From positions 1-50,965 of the IMG/VR virus record IMGVR_UViG_3300048598_000494: a DNA stretch of 50,965 bases; one strand, written 5' to 3'. This DNA is from a virus (Duplodnaviria; Caudoviricetes). The notes beneath the pieces were generated by a model. The model was not told the origin of the DNA. It searched no databases and worked only from the letters and a program-made list of their open reading frames with translations. Made by a program: the position numbers and the translations under genes. Each line of letters starts with the position of its first letter. Position 1 is the first letter of the stretch. Positions 8,079 to 18,126 of this stretch are shown piece by piece.

Positions 8079-8582
8079 TCACAGGTAGTCGGTGCCGACC
8101 ATGTTGCCGTAGACGATGCCGCCGACGAGGTCGAACACGAGGCAGTCGACCGCTCCCGTGGTGGTCGACAGATTGGGCGGAGATCCATCGGGCCAGCGTA
8201 CCGCGCCGGTCGCGAGGACGAGATGATGGCCGCCGGCGCCGCCTTGCGTCAGGTACAGGACGATGCGTTGCGAGCGGGCCGCCGGCGCTCCGATGATCGA
8301 CAGGCCGGTGATGTCGCCCACGAGGGTCGCGCGCATCGTGTTTCCGGCGGCAGCATCGATCATCAGCGTGCCGGAAACGGCGCCGAGATCGATCTCGGCC
8401 GTAGTCGCGGCCCGTGTCGTGCTCGCCGGATCCAATACGACGATGTCGGCGGCCTGACCGGCTACGGCGACGAGCGACGATGAAGCCGCAACGGTGATCG
8501 TAACGTCGTCGCCGCTGGCGACGATCGCGACCGGCGGCGAGGCGATGGTCAGGGACGCCGACGGCGCAGCCAGAGTGATCAT
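8079..8582 (-). CDS. Fibre-associated protein
   Basis: ATGA-coupled start at 8582; C-terminal LTQ.G.G...V.WP.G..P.LST..GAVD beta domain. Confidence 0.65.
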   Translation of the reverse strand: MITLAAPSASLTIASPPVAIVASGDDVTITVAASSSLVAVAGQAADIVVLDPASTTRAATTAEIDLGAVSGTLMIDAAAGNTMRATLVGDITGLSIIGAPAARSQRIVLYLTQGGAGGHHLVLATGAVRWPDGSPPNLSTTTGAVDCLVFDLVGGIVYGNMVGTDYL

Positions 8583-8950
8583 CGCGTCACCCCCTGGCGA
8601 ACGAGGAGCGTGAGCGGATCGGCGCAGAGATTGACGCGGATCCCCTCGGCCTCGGCGATGATGTCGGTGACATAGTCGCCGCGAAGCGTCGTCAGCATCG
8701 ACTCCGGCACAGCCCATGAGAGCCGACCGGCCGGCGCGTCGATGACGAGCGTCCCGTCGTCGGTCGACAGATCGAGTAGGACGACTGCCGATTCGGCCGA
8801 TGACCGGACCTGCGAGTGAAACGAGATCCCGGTCAGATCGATCGGCGTCGTCGTGCCGGTCGCCACGAACTGGATGGTCTGGCGCCAATCCCCGTTGTTG
8901 GTGATCGACAGCGATCCGGTCATCTGAGGGAGGGCGAGGATGTTCGTCAT
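8579..8950 (-). CDS. BppU-N-like adaptor protein
   Basis: PIDLTG..F..QVR, Y..DI motifs; ATGA coupling. Confidence 0.65.
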   Translation of the reverse strand: MTNILALPQMTGSLSITNNGDWRQTIQFVATGTTTPIDLTGISFHSQVRSSAESAVVLLDLSTDDGTLVIDAPAGRLSWAVPESMLTTLRGDYVTDIIAEAEGIRVNLCADPLTLLVRQGVTR

Positions 8951-9408
8951 CCAACGGACTCCGGCCAAGCAATAGCGGGCAGCCCGGCGATCAGCGCATC
9001 GACCGTCGGCACCGCCTCGGTACCGGCCTCGACGGCGGCGAACAGCGCGAACGCCGCCGACCAGACGCCATCGCGCCATGCGACGAACGCCTCGGCCTCG
9101 GCCGCCCATCCGGCATTCGTCGACATCACGTACGACGCACAGGACGCCGCAGAATTGTATCCGCGGGCGCGGGCCGTCGCCTCGACATGGCCATCGATCG
9201 CGGCCGTCGCGATCACACGAAGGCGAGCGAGCATCGCCGCGTCGAGGTCGATGGCCACCACGGCTGTCTCGAGGTCGTCCGGCACCTCGACCACGTAACC
9301 GCCATCGGTCGCCTCGGCGACGAGACGGGAGCGCGCCTCGCCGGGGAGGGCCATCACGAGGGCCGCGACCGCATCTGCCGACGGGAACAGGATCTTCTCC
9401 ATGATCAA
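8947..9408 (-). CDS. Tail fibre assembly chaperone-like protein
   Basis: GYNSA.SCASY..S...W..EA..F.AWRD.VW..LP.I.WP motif; follows fibre 1. Confidence 0.7.
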   Translation of the reverse strand: MIMEKILFPSADAVAALVMALPGEARSRLVAEATDGGYVVEVPDDLETAVVAIDLDAAMLARLRVIATAAIDGHVEATARARGYNSAASCASYVMSTNAGWAAEAEAFVAWRDGVWSAAFALFAAVEAGTEAVPTVDALIAGLPAIAWPESVG

Positions 9409-10403
9409 TCTCCGATCCGCTTGACGAGGTAGTGACCGCCGCCGGTGGTGGTCTGCGTGTAGCCCGAATACTGGATGAGCGAGAACGCCAGCAGTTCACC
9501 GGCCGAAAACCGGTAGGCGCCGGCCGCGTTGCCCCACGTCCCAGATCCATCGGCACCGAACAGGCCGAACACATTCCAGGCGAGCTCGGCGTCGGCCGCC
9601 GACCGGCGCCGAGCCGAGAGCACGCCGGACGTCGCCGTCGTCGTGATGCCGGCAGACGCGGTGACGAGGTAGAGACCGGCGGTCGGGATGACGAGACGGT
9701 TCGAGGCGAGCGTGATGCCGGACGCGGCCGAGGGCGCTCCGATCGTCAGCATCGTCGTGGCAGAGGTCGGTATCGTGGTCGGCGACAGCAGGCCGATCGC
9801 GTAGGGCTGGGCGGCCGCGATTGCCTTGTCGACATAGGTCTTCGACGACCCGATCAGGACCAGCTTGCCGATCGACGCGCGATAGACGGCGACGAGCGGC
9901 GCGCCGGACAGCCCCTCGCCGACCAACAGCGCCGTCCCGTCGTCGTGAACGATCGTCTTGGGCGCCAGCCCGTCGGGAGCGAAGGTCGGCGCCGTCGACG
10001 TGGTCGTGGTACCGGGTGCAAAGATGTAGACGGCGCCATCAGCCCACGCAGAAACAGACGGGACGACATCGGCCGCGATCGCGTTGACGGTGCCCGTGTC
10101 GGTCAGGCCGACATGGACCGCCGATCCGGTCGCAATCAACGCCAGGATCGCGGCGAGCAGAACGCCGTCGTCGCCCGGCGTCACGTCGCTCGAGTCGATC
10201 CCGCCGGCGAGCCGGACGGCCTCGAGGTTGCCGACGAGGCGGTTGAGCCACTCGGCGGAAATCTGGGTGCCGTCCTCGTTGTCCTCGGACGAGCAGGGAG
10301 CGAACCACGACGGCGGGGACCCGACGAGCGGGATCTGAGGCGTGAGCGTCGGGCGGGTCGAGACGGCGCCGTCGGACGCGGGACCGAAGAAATCGTCAGC
10401 CAT
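9405..10403 (-). CDS. Tail fibre protein 1 (baseplate anchored)
   Basis: GT.ISAEWLN...L Mu-gpS-like N terminus; follows the gp48-like gene. Confidence 0.75.
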   Translation of the reverse strand: MADDFFGPASDGAVSTRPTLTPQIPLVGSPPSWFAPCSSEDNEDGTQISAEWLNRLVGNLEAVRLAGGIDSSDVTPGDDGVLLAAILALIATGSAVHVGLTDTGTVNAIAADVVPSVSAWADGAVYIFAPGTTTTSTAPTFAPDGLAPKTIVHDDGTALLVGEGLSGAPLVAVYRASIGKLVLIGSSKTYVDKAIAAAQPYAIGLLSPTTIPTSATTMLTIGAPSAASGITLASNRLVIPTAGLYLVTASAGITTTATSGVLSARRRSAADAELAWNVFGLFGADGSGTWGNAAGAYRFSAGELLAFSLIQYSGYTQTTTGGGHYLVKRIGD

Positions 10404-11022
10404 TGATGGTCCTCCAGTCCCGGGCGACGTGGTCCGGGATCAGGCGTTCGAGGAGACAGATGAGGGCGGAAATATCGGGGCCGCAGCCGACGGCCTGAGA
10501 GGCGCGGTAGCGGCCGGCACGGGCCGGGCGAAAGCGCGGCGCCGAGAACGCGGACGAGGCGGCGAGGTCTGCGGTGATCACGACCATCGGTCCCGTCCAC
10601 CGATCGCCGGCGCGTGCCCGCGACGCCGACGACGCACGAGCGCCGCCGGCACGAGCGCCGCAGGGGCGGACCTCGCGACAGGTGATCACCCACCCGGCGA
10701 GCACGGCGAGATCGACCCACCGCTCGCAGCGCGTGGCCGCGAGCGCCGCCCGCTTGATGCAGGGGTCGGGATAGGGATCGCAGGCGTCGGGCAGCCCGTA
10801 GTCGGTCAGCCACCAGTCGCGGGTCTTGGTCGCCGTCCCGCAGAACCATTCTTCGCGCACCGCGCAGGCCCGCGCCTCGAGAACGGCGAGCGGCTCGGCG
10901 AGCGCCCGGAAGAAGCGGCGGATGACCGATCCTTCGCGCCAGAGACCATCCCAGGCACGCCCGCGCGGCATCAGCTGGACGAGCATGTCGGCGATGTCGT
11001 CGGCACTCGGACAGGTCGGCAT
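10396..11022 (-). CDS. Baseplate wedge protein (Mu gp48/DUF2313-like)
   Basis: L.QLMPRGRAW, W..DYGLPD.C, LERLIP.H. Confidence 0.85.
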   Translation of the reverse strand: MPTCPSADDIADMLVQLMPRGRAWDGLWREGSVIRRFFRALAEPLAVLEARACAVREEWFCGTATKTRDWWLTDYGLPDACDPYPDPCIKRAALAATRCERWVDLAVLAGWVITCREVRPCGARAGGARASSASRARAGDRWTGPMVVITADLAASSAFSAPRFRPARAGRYRASQAVGCGPDISALICLLERLIPDHVARDWRTING

Positions 11023-11030
11023 GGGAGACC

Positions 11031-12134
11031 TCACGTGAAGAGGATGTTGCCGAGCACCGCGCGCTCGCCGTCGGCGAGAACGATGTCCTCGACCGGCTCG
11101 ACGGGACCGTGGCGAACCTCGCCGACCGCGCGACTGATCGCCTCTTCGATCCACGACCGGGAGAACGAGAAGGCGGTCGCGCGCATCGGGAAGCTCGGGT
11201 GCGCGTCGGCCAACCCGGCCACGCGGGACCGGCTCGCGAAGACGTTGGCGAGTTCGGCGGCGATGGCGTCGCGCACCTCGCGGCTCGAAGGCGAGAGAGC
11301 CGGGATCCGGACGTCGACGACGACCGGCGTGAACGCCGTGACCGAAATCAGGGCACCGTCCGGCGCCGACGCTTCCACGGCCTCGCGCACGGCGGCGAGT
11401 TCGGCCGCCGTCGGACGACCGCCGTTGCGCCGTCCGTCGAAGACCGGAAACAGCGACACGCGGCCGACACCGCTGCGGCGCGGCCAGACCCAGCAGTCGG
11501 AGCAGCCGTCGACCGAAGTCGCCCAGCGCCAGTAGTCCGACGTCGTGCCACCCTGCGGCGGATAGGCGAGCCGCTGCAGCAGTCGCGCGCGATAGACGTC
11601 CTTGTCCTCGATCTCGTCGCCGCCGACGAGGCCGGCGGCACCGACGACGAAGGTCGCCTCGCCGTCGACGCCGGACAGGGCGACGAGGGTCGATCCGGCG
11701 GCGGTGTTGCCGACGGCACCGGCCTCGACGGCCCGGACCGACAGGGCGAGCACGCCGGACCCCGCAATCGAAGCGCCGGTCACGACCGAGAAGCGGACCC
11801 CGTCGGCGCGACGCAGCACGGCGCCCTTGTCGACGGTGACCGCACCGTCCGTCGTCGCGGCGACGTCGCCGGTCGCCTTCGAAGCGGCGCGCCGCGGCAG
11901 CGAGAAGTCGGCGCCGTGGCGGATGAGCGCATCCTCGCCGGCCATGTGCACGAAGCGATCGCGGGCGATGTCTTCGATCTTGGCGTCGATCTGCCACATC
12001 GCACCGCCGACGGCGGTCGCCGTCGGGCCGATGTTGTTGCGGGCGAGCCGGGCGTCGACGCCCGGAAGCCATGCTTCGAAGGCCGCGGACAGGCGGTCGA
12101 CCCACGTCTTCGTCGTCTCGGAAACCCAGCTCAC
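11031..12134 (-). CDS. Baseplate J / Mu gp47-like protein
   Basis: GAVGN, GG.EIE...YRARLL, PPQGG...DY..WA; GTGA-coupled start. Confidence 0.9.
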   Translation of the reverse strand: MSWVSETTKTWVDRLSAAFEAWLPGVDARLARNNIGPTATAVGGAMWQIDAKIEDIARDRFVHMAGEDALIRHGADFSLPRRAASKATGDVAATTDGAVTVDKGAVLRRADGVRFSVVTGASIAGSGVLALSVRAVEAGAVGNTAAGSTLVALSGVDGEATFVVGAAGLVGGDEIEDKDVYRARLLQRLAYPPQGGTTSDYWRWATSVDGCSDCWVWPRRSGVGRVSLFPVFDGRRNGGRPTAAELAAVREAVEASAPDGALISVTAFTPVVVDVRIPALSPSSREVRDAIAAELANVFASRSRVAGLADAHPSFPMRATAFSFSRSWIEEAISRAVGEVRHGPVEPVEDIVLADGERAVLGNILFT

Positions 12135-12661
12135 GTCTGCCTCCAGAGGATGTCGAACGTGCGATCGTGAATGACGGCCCCGGACGTCGACCGGATCTCG
12201 ATCCGCAGATCGAGGCGCCGATCGGCGGGGTATGGCATCGCGGTGACGGTCACGCTGCCGGCGACGCGGTCGCGCACCATCCAGGCGAGCGCCCGCTCGG
12301 CTTCGCGCCGGGCGTCGGCCGCCATGGCATCGGAGACGATCGCCTGCTCGAGAACGGTCCACAGCCATGAGCCGAACGGCTCGGTGCCGGCGGGCGTCAT
12401 CCCGTCGCCCCACCAGCCGCGCCGGTCCTGCACCTCGGTCCGCCAGCCGTCCGGCGCGCGGGCATCGGTGAAGAGCGACAGGATCACCGCCGTGGCGATG
12501 GCCGCGCGGGAGACGAGGCCGCCGCTGTCGGAAGATCCGTCGAGAGGCGCGAGTGCCCAGTCGAAGGCGAGCCCGTCGCCGTCGACCATCACGGTATCCC
12601 AGTCGAGCGGGGCCGCCGGCGCGGTCGATTCTGCATCGCGGAAGGAGACGGTCCAGGTCAT
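12131..12661 (-). CDS. Mu gp46-like baseplate protein
   Basis: TAVILSLFTDARA, RRGWWGD, GS.LW, ALAWMV. Confidence 0.9.
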   Translation of the reverse strand: MTWTVSFRDAESTAPAAPLDWDTVMVDGDGLAFDWALAPLDGSSDSGGLVSRAAIATAVILSLFTDARAPDGWRTEVQDRRGWWGDGMTPAGTEPFGSWLWTVLEQAIVSDAMAADARREAERALAWMVRDRVAGSVTVTAMPYPADRRLDLRIEIRSTSGAVIHDRTFDILWRQT

Positions 12662-13113
12662 ACCGCCCTCGCCTTCTCGGCGAAGCCCGCTTCGGTCGCC
12701 ACCCGCGCCGAGGCGTCGGGAGCGCCGAGGCGGACGTCGCCCTCGAGAATGATTTTCGCGGCCGAGAAGTGGATCTCGTCGCCGCCGACGACGCGGATCT
12801 TGCGCTTGACGATCGAGATGACCTGACCGGAGGCGTCATAGATGCGCGTGCCGCCGTCGGCGAGGCCGCCGGGGCGATGATCGGGGTGCTCGAAGCCGAG
12901 CGCATAGGCGCGTTCGGACGCGCCGGACTGCTGCAACAGCACGCCGACGGAGCCCACGGGCGGCGTCGACGAGAAGCCGAACGGCTGCAGGCGCACGACG
13001 TCGGTGAACTGCGTTCCGCGAAGGCCGGTCGCCCGCGCGGTCTGCAACCCGCCGCTGTCGTCGAGGCCGGAAAGCCGGGCGCGGACGAGCGCCGCATGGA
13101 TCGCGTCTCTCAT
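12658..13113 (-). CDS. Mu gp45-like baseplate spike protein
   Basis: QPFGFSS.PP.G, RP.GL..G.T.IYD; ATGA-coupled start. Confidence 0.88.
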   Translation of the reverse strand: MRDAIHAALVRARLSGLDDSGGLQTARATGLRGTQFTDVVRLQPFGFSSTPPVGSVGVLLQQSGASERAYALGFEHPDHRPGGLADGGTRIYDASGQVISIVKRKIRVVGGDEIHFSAAKIILEGDVRLGAPDASARVATEAGFAEKARAV

Positions 13114-14195
13114 TCCGGCATCTCCCATGCGGCCCCGGACTTGGAGCCCTTGCCCTTGTCGCCGCCGAGGGCGCGCGGATCGACGAGATCGAGATGGGCG
13201 ATCGTGCCGTCGTCGGACTGCCGCGCCGCGACCTTCTCGATCGCCATGTCCTGGGCCACCCCGAGATAGGGGCTCTCGACCCAGAGGAGTTTGCCGGGCG
13301 TCCAGATCTCGCCGGCCTCGTCGCGCCAGCCGATGGTGCGCGGCGCCGTCACCTTGACGCCCTCGCCGGCCGCCTGATCGCGCCGCCACAGCGCCCGGCG
13401 AGCGGCCGACTTGGCATCGACCTCTTCGGAAGCGACGATCACGACCTCGACCGGCCGCTTGACCGTGCGGTCGCGCGCCTGTTCGTCGACCTCGAGATCG
13501 TCACGGGTGCCGCCCGTCGCCTTCTGTCCCTTGACCGACTGTTTCTGCGCGCGCTTCGACCAGTCGAAGATGGCCTCGGCGTCTTCGCAGAGGTTGACGC
13601 CTTCGACAAGGCCGCCGGCGTGGCGACCGAGCGTGCCGCGGTAGTAGACGACGCCGCCGTCGGCGGTGCCGGTCAGCAGGTGACCGTCGATGCGGGCGAG
13701 GCGCCAGGCCGCCGACAGGACGCTCTCGCCGAGCGTGACGCGGAAGACCCGGCGCGAGGCCGATCCCTTCGACCGGTCTTCGATCGGCACGCCGTAGCGG
13801 TCGGCCAGTTCCTTGATGATCGCCGCGGGCTTCGCCTTGCGCCATTCGCCCGTGCCGTGGATCGCCGAGGAATCGACGATCAGCGACGACTTCGATCGCC
13901 CTTCGATGGTGATCGACGGCGACGTCGACGACAGGCGCGGATTGTACCGCTCGATCCACCCGACGAGCACCGTGTCGGCTCCGGCGAAGAGCGTGCATTC
14001 CGGCCCTTGTGCCAGCTTCTCGCCGAGCGCGGCGATGTCGGCGACGAAGGCGGCGATGCCGGCCTCGGTCGCGTCCTTCGGCGTGATCTTGGCGGTGAAC
14101 GAGCGCGCCGCCTCGGACGCCGACGCCTCCCATTCGATATCGGTCGGATGCAGCATCGCGCCGCCGGCCGACAGGGTGACGGTCTCGAAAGCCAT
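13110..14195 (-). CDS. Mu gp44-like baseplate hub
   Basis: GRSK...IVDSS, GESV, LVEGVN, GWR...G.IW.PG. Confidence 0.88.
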   Translation of the reverse strand: MAFETVTLSAGGAMLHPTDIEWEASASEAARSFTAKITPKDATEAGIAAFVADIAALGEKLAQGPECTLFAGADTVLVGWIERYNPRLSSTSPSITIEGRSKSSLIVDSSAIHGTGEWRKAKPAAIIKELADRYGVPIEDRSKGSASRRVFRVTLGESVLSAAWRLARIDGHLLTGTADGGVVYYRGTLGRHAGGLVEGVNLCEDAEAIFDWSKRAQKQSVKGQKATGGTRDDLEVDEQARDRTVKRPVEVVIVASEEVDAKSAARRALWRRDQAAGEGVKVTAPRTIGWRDEAGEIWTPGKLLWVESPYLGVAQDMAIEKVAARQSDDGTIAHLDLVDPRALGGDKGKGSKSGAAWEMPE

Positions 14196-14211
14196 GGCGA
14201 CCTCGGCGATG

Positions 14212-15471
14212 TCAGGCGGCGAGCGCCTCGAAGGTCTCGGGCACGAAACCCGGATGATCGAGCCGATTGCGAGCGGCGATCTCCGCCGCCCGCGTCGGAT
14301 CGGCGTAGAGATCCCAGGCCCAGGCGAGCGCCGGACGAGTCCGCGACGACGTGATGGTGACGACCGGCGCCAGCGTGGTCGACCGCGCCCGCAGGGCGAC
14401 GACCGTCCGATCGCGCACCGCGACGAGCGAACGGATCGCGGCGAGCGGCGGCGGCGACAGGCCGGCGAGATCCTCGATCACGTCGGCAAAGGTCGTGGCC
14501 AGCGTCGCCCGCGCGGCGACGGCCGACGGGCGATCGCCATAGGACCGACGCACGGCGGCCTCGGCGAAGGTCGCCAGCGACGCGACGGAGACGATCCGCG
14601 CGGCGATGGTCGACGCCGCCTCGACTGCCCGCGAGCGCGGCGTCGACACCGCGAGCGAGACCGACGGCAGCGTGACGGCGACGAGGCCGGCGGCGCGCGT
14701 CGGCCAACCGACGGGATCGGACGCATCGGCGACCGCTCGGACGATCGAAGCCGCCGAGGCGGCCCAGTCGGCCGGATCGGCGACGATCGACCACGACGCC
14801 GCGGCGAGGTCGGCGAGGTCGTCGGCGAGCGCGGCGAAGGTGGCGACGTCGGCAGCCGTGGCGTCGGAGGCGACGCCGACCGCGGCCTCGAAGTCGCGGA
14901 CGATCTCGAGATCGGCGAGCGCTCCGAGCGCGCCGGAGACAAGCGCGTCGGACAGGTCGCCGACGATCGCCGGCAGCCCGCCGACGAGGTCGACGGCAAA
15001 ATCGGCAACCGTCGACAGGACGTCGTCGACGGCCGCGAAGACCATGTTCTCGAGGGCAGCGATCGACGGCAGGGCGAGCAACGAGCCGCCGAACCCGGGC
15101 GCCGACACCTCGCCGGCATCGACACACTCGATGTCGACGGCGACGTACCCGAGCTTGTCCTTCTGGAAAGCCCGCTTGACCGTCGACAGTGACACCATGG
15201 CCGAGATCGTCGGCAGCACCAGGAGGTGCGGACCCTCGACGCCGTCGAGGTCGAGCAGCGACCGCGCCTGCGCCGCGGCGTCGAGGCCGCCGCAGTAGGC
15301 GGTCGCCCGATAGGTGCGGGGTGCCGGCCCGAACTCCTCGACGACGTGGCCGCCGTTCGGGATGGTGTGGACCGCCTTTCGCCGCCCGGCCTCCACGTCG
15401 TCGGAGGCGACATGAAAGGGCCGGCCGGCGAGCGACGCGCGGGAGAGCGAGGCGGCGAAGGGCGTCATCAC
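14212..15471 (-). CDS. Mu gpN-like DNA circularization / tail protein
   Basis: AS..G.PF.V..GRR..VH, C-terminal A..LY.D..RA.EI..RN..HPGFVP. Confidence 0.88.
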   Translation of the reverse strand: MMTPFAASLSRASLAGRPFHVASDDVEAGRRKAVHTIPNGGHVVEEFGPAPRTYRATAYCGGLDAAAQARSLLDLDGVEGPHLLVLPTISAMVSLSTVKRAFQKDKLGYVAVDIECVDAGEVSAPGFGGSLLALPSIAALENMVFAAVDDVLSTVADFAVDLVGGLPAIVGDLSDALVSGALGALADLEIVRDFEAAVGVASDATAADVATFAALADDLADLAAASWSIVADPADWAASAASIVRAVADASDPVGWPTRAAGLVAVTLPSVSLAVSTPRSRAVEAASTIAARIVSVASLATFAEAAVRRSYGDRPSAVAARATLATTFADVIEDLAGLSPPPLAAIRSLVAVRDRTVVALRARSTTLAPVVTITSSRTRPALAWAWDLYADPTRAAEIAARNRLDHPGFVPETFEALAA

Positions 15472-17300
15472 GGGGCTCCCGAGAAGTCACCGCCCTTGAA
15501 CGAGCGGCCGGTGTCGAGCGGAGCCTTGGCGGCTTCCGTGCGGGTGCGGATGATCAGGGGCTGCGCGTCGAGGCTCGACTGGAGACGCGCCCGCATACGG
15601 GCAATCTCGCTGTCCATGCTGGCGTCGTCCAACTGGACCGGGATGTCGAACGGGTCGGGCCGGGCCTTCGGCATCGGCAGGACGCCGCCGACCTCGCCGG
15701 CACGCCGGGGTCGGGCCTGCGGCATCATGTAGTGTCGCAGCGGCGCGAGCTCGGAATCCGGGATGCCGGGCGTCGCGCCGTAGTCTTCGTAAGGGAACAA
15801 CCGGTTGGCCGCCTGACGCGCGCGGTCGAGGCGGGCCTGGGCCGCGTCTCGATCACGAGCGGCAAGACCGGACGGGCGACCATAGACGGTCGTCCGGCCG
15901 GCGCGTTCGGCCACGTCGACGGCGCGGCGTGCGGCATCCATGTCGCCGAGGGCAGCGACGTCGGCCTTGTGCTGGTCGGCAGCCTGCTCGCGCGGCCCCT
16001 TCTTCCGGAACATCGGCCAACTCTCGTCGGCGTAGATCAGTTTCTCGGCGTCGTCCGGCGACATGCCGCCGGCGACGAGCTTGCGGATCCGGACCTCGGG
16101 CATGCCGCCCGGCGTCGCCGCCGCCTCCTCGAGTGCCTGGAGCCGCTCGTCCATCGCCTTGGTCAACGCGTCGAGCGCCTTCGGAACGCCGAGCCCCGCG
16201 ACCGTCTTGCCGGTCGACACCACAAACTGATTCCAGGAGTTCGACAGGCGGTCGAGCGACGACTGGGCATCGCCCGTCACCTTGGCGAGGTCGCCGATGG
16301 TGGTGCCGTCGACGCCGTCGAGCGCCGCCTGGAGCTTGCGCAGCGCGTCACGCTGCGACAACAGCGCGCGAACGCCCGCCGAGACCTGCATGTCGCCGAA
16401 GAGCTGCGGGATCTTCGACAGGTCGCCCTTGAGGGCGCGCTCGGACAGGTCGAGGAACACCTCGGAAAGGTCCTTCCCTTCCTTGCGCGCCTTGGCCATT
16501 TCCTTGCGGAGATCGACGCCGAACTTCTCGAACTTCTTCGCGGTCTCGTCGCTCTCCATCTTCTGGAAGACGTTCTGCAGGTTCGTCGCGGCCGACGAGG
16601 CATCGCCGGTCTGGTTGCGGACGATCTGCAACATCGCGACGAGGCGCTTCAACCCGGCCTCGCCCTTCATGCCGACGGCAGCGGCGGCCGGCGCCAGCGA
16701 AGGCAGATACTGCGACATGTCCTTCAGTTCGAACTTGCCGGCCTTGCCGCCGGCGACCAGGACGTCGAAGGCGGCCTGCATGCGTGTGGCGACGATGTCG
16801 AGACTGTCGGCCAGTGCGCCGGACGTCGCGGCGATGTCCTTGACCTCGGCCCCCGACGCCTGCGCGGTGCGCGCGACCGCCGGCAGGAAGGCGAGCGCGT
16901 CCTCGAGGCTCTTGCCCTGCGAAACGAGATCCTCGAGGCCGCCGGTGACGGCATCGAGCGGAGTCGCCGTCTCCTGGCCGATCTCGACGATCTTCGACCG
17001 GATGTTGCCGACGGCTGCGGCCGAGGCATCGGCGGTGATGCCGATACGAGTGATGCGCCGATCGACCTCGGCGAAGTCGGTGAGGGCGCGCTTGGCCGCG
17101 CCGGCGACCACGGCCGGCGCCACGACGGCGGCGACGCGCCCCGCCATGGCGACGGTCGCCGCGCCGATCTTCGACGAGGCGGCCGTGACCGCCTTCGCCT
17201 TGTCGTCGATCGCCTTCATGCGACCGGAGACCGACTGGAAGGCGCCGGCCGTGCGGTCGACCGCCGACAGCTTGAGGCGCGCCTCGATTTCGCGGCTCAT
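15468..17300 (-). CDS. Tail tape measure protein
   Basis: Ala-rich helical protein, GK.G.FELKDM..Y.P, AATNL.N; position. Confidence 0.92.
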   Translation of the reverse strand: MSREIEARLKLSAVDRTAGAFQSVSGRMKAIDDKAKAVTAASSKIGAATVAMAGRVAAVVAPAVVAGAAKRALTDFAEVDRRITRIGITADASAAAVGNIRSKIVEIGQETATPLDAVTGGLEDLVSQGKSLEDALAFLPAVARTAQASGAEVKDIAATSGALADSLDIVATRMQAAFDVLVAGGKAGKFELKDMSQYLPSLAPAAAAVGMKGEAGLKRLVAMLQIVRNQTGDASSAATNLQNVFQKMESDETAKKFEKFGVDLRKEMAKARKEGKDLSEVFLDLSERALKGDLSKIPQLFGDMQVSAGVRALLSQRDALRKLQAALDGVDGTTIGDLAKVTGDAQSSLDRLSNSWNQFVVSTGKTVAGLGVPKALDALTKAMDERLQALEEAAATPGGMPEVRIRKLVAGGMSPDDAEKLIYADESWPMFRKKGPREQAADQHKADVAALGDMDAARRAVDVAERAGRTTVYGRPSGLAARDRDAAQARLDRARQAANRLFPYEDYGATPGIPDSELAPLRHYMMPQARPRRAGEVGGVLPMPKARPDPFDIPVQLDDASMDSEIARMRARLQSSLDAQPLIIRTRTEAAKAPLDTGRSFKGGDFSGAP

Positions 17301-17303
17301 GGC

Positions 17304-17737
17304 TCACCTCCGGCGCGAGAGATAGTTCGACGCCCGAAGCGCCCGACGTTCGATCTGCGAGAAGGTCAGGCGCTCGGCTGCGGCGGGGTCCCACCCGGCG
17401 CGGAAGACGAGGAAGTCCCAGAGCCGCCCGATGTCCCCGCGACCTTGAAAAAATCGAGGAGGGCATCCTTCACCTTGCGGATGTCGGCGAGCGACAACTG
17501 ACGCAGGATGGCGGAGGGTTCGCTCTCGCCTTCGAAGGTGACGCAGGCCTCGACATAGGCGCGGACCGCGGCGAGGTTCTCGATCACGACCATCTCGCCG
17601 GCCGCGGTTCGCTGCGCCTCGACGGCCTCGCCGTGGTCGAGATAGAGGCCGCCGGTCGGCTCGGAGACGAGGGCGACCTGCGTCCCCGAGCCATGGCCGA
17701 TGTAGACGCGCGAAAGGAGAACGCGGGTCGGCGCCAT
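17304..17737 (-). CDS. Tail assembly chaperone G (17366-17737) and G-T fusion via -1 frameshift (to 17304)
   Basis: T TTT TTC at 17453-17447; the -1 frame stays open to a TGA 3 nt before the tape measure ATG. Confidence 0.85.
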
Positions 17738-17738
17738 G

Positions 17739-18107
17739 TCAGATCATCCGGTAGTCGACGCTCTCGAACGAGAGGCCGGAGGTCGAGAGGTTCTTCTGGT
17801 CGGTGGACGGCTCGCCGACGAAGCACCCGTCGGTGAAGAGATGGGTCCGACCGGTGTGGGCCTCCTCGACCGTCAGGTTGCCTTCGAAGGCGAGGAGGTC
17901 GTCGGCGGTGACGCCGGGCGGAAGCTCGAGCGTCATGTCCGCCTTGTAGTTGCGCGGCGAGATGATCCGGGTGAAGGAACCGTCGAGGTTCTTCTCCGTC
18001 GTGACGCCCGTCGACGACGGGTCGATCTTGAAGTCGCCCTTGATCTTCACCCGGCGGCCGTCGCCGAGCGTCAGGATCATGCGGCCACCGGCCGACTGGT
18101 TGGACAT
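17739..18107 (-). CDS. Tail tube protein
   Basis: 122 aa between sheath and chaperone. Confidence 0.85.
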   Translation of the reverse strand: MSNQSAGGRMILTLGDGRRVKIKGDFKIDPSSTGVTTEKNLDGSFTRIISPRNYKADMTLELPPGVTADDLLAFEGNLTVEEAHTGRTHLFTDGCFVGEPSTDQKNLSTSGLSFESVDYRMI

Positions 18108-18126
18108 GGGGGAAGCCTCCGGTTGA

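Noticed and set aside
6437-10403. Diversity-generating retroelement or invertible fibre cassette
   Set aside because: No reverse transcriptase, template/variable repeat pair or invertase seen; all fibre genes are co-oriented
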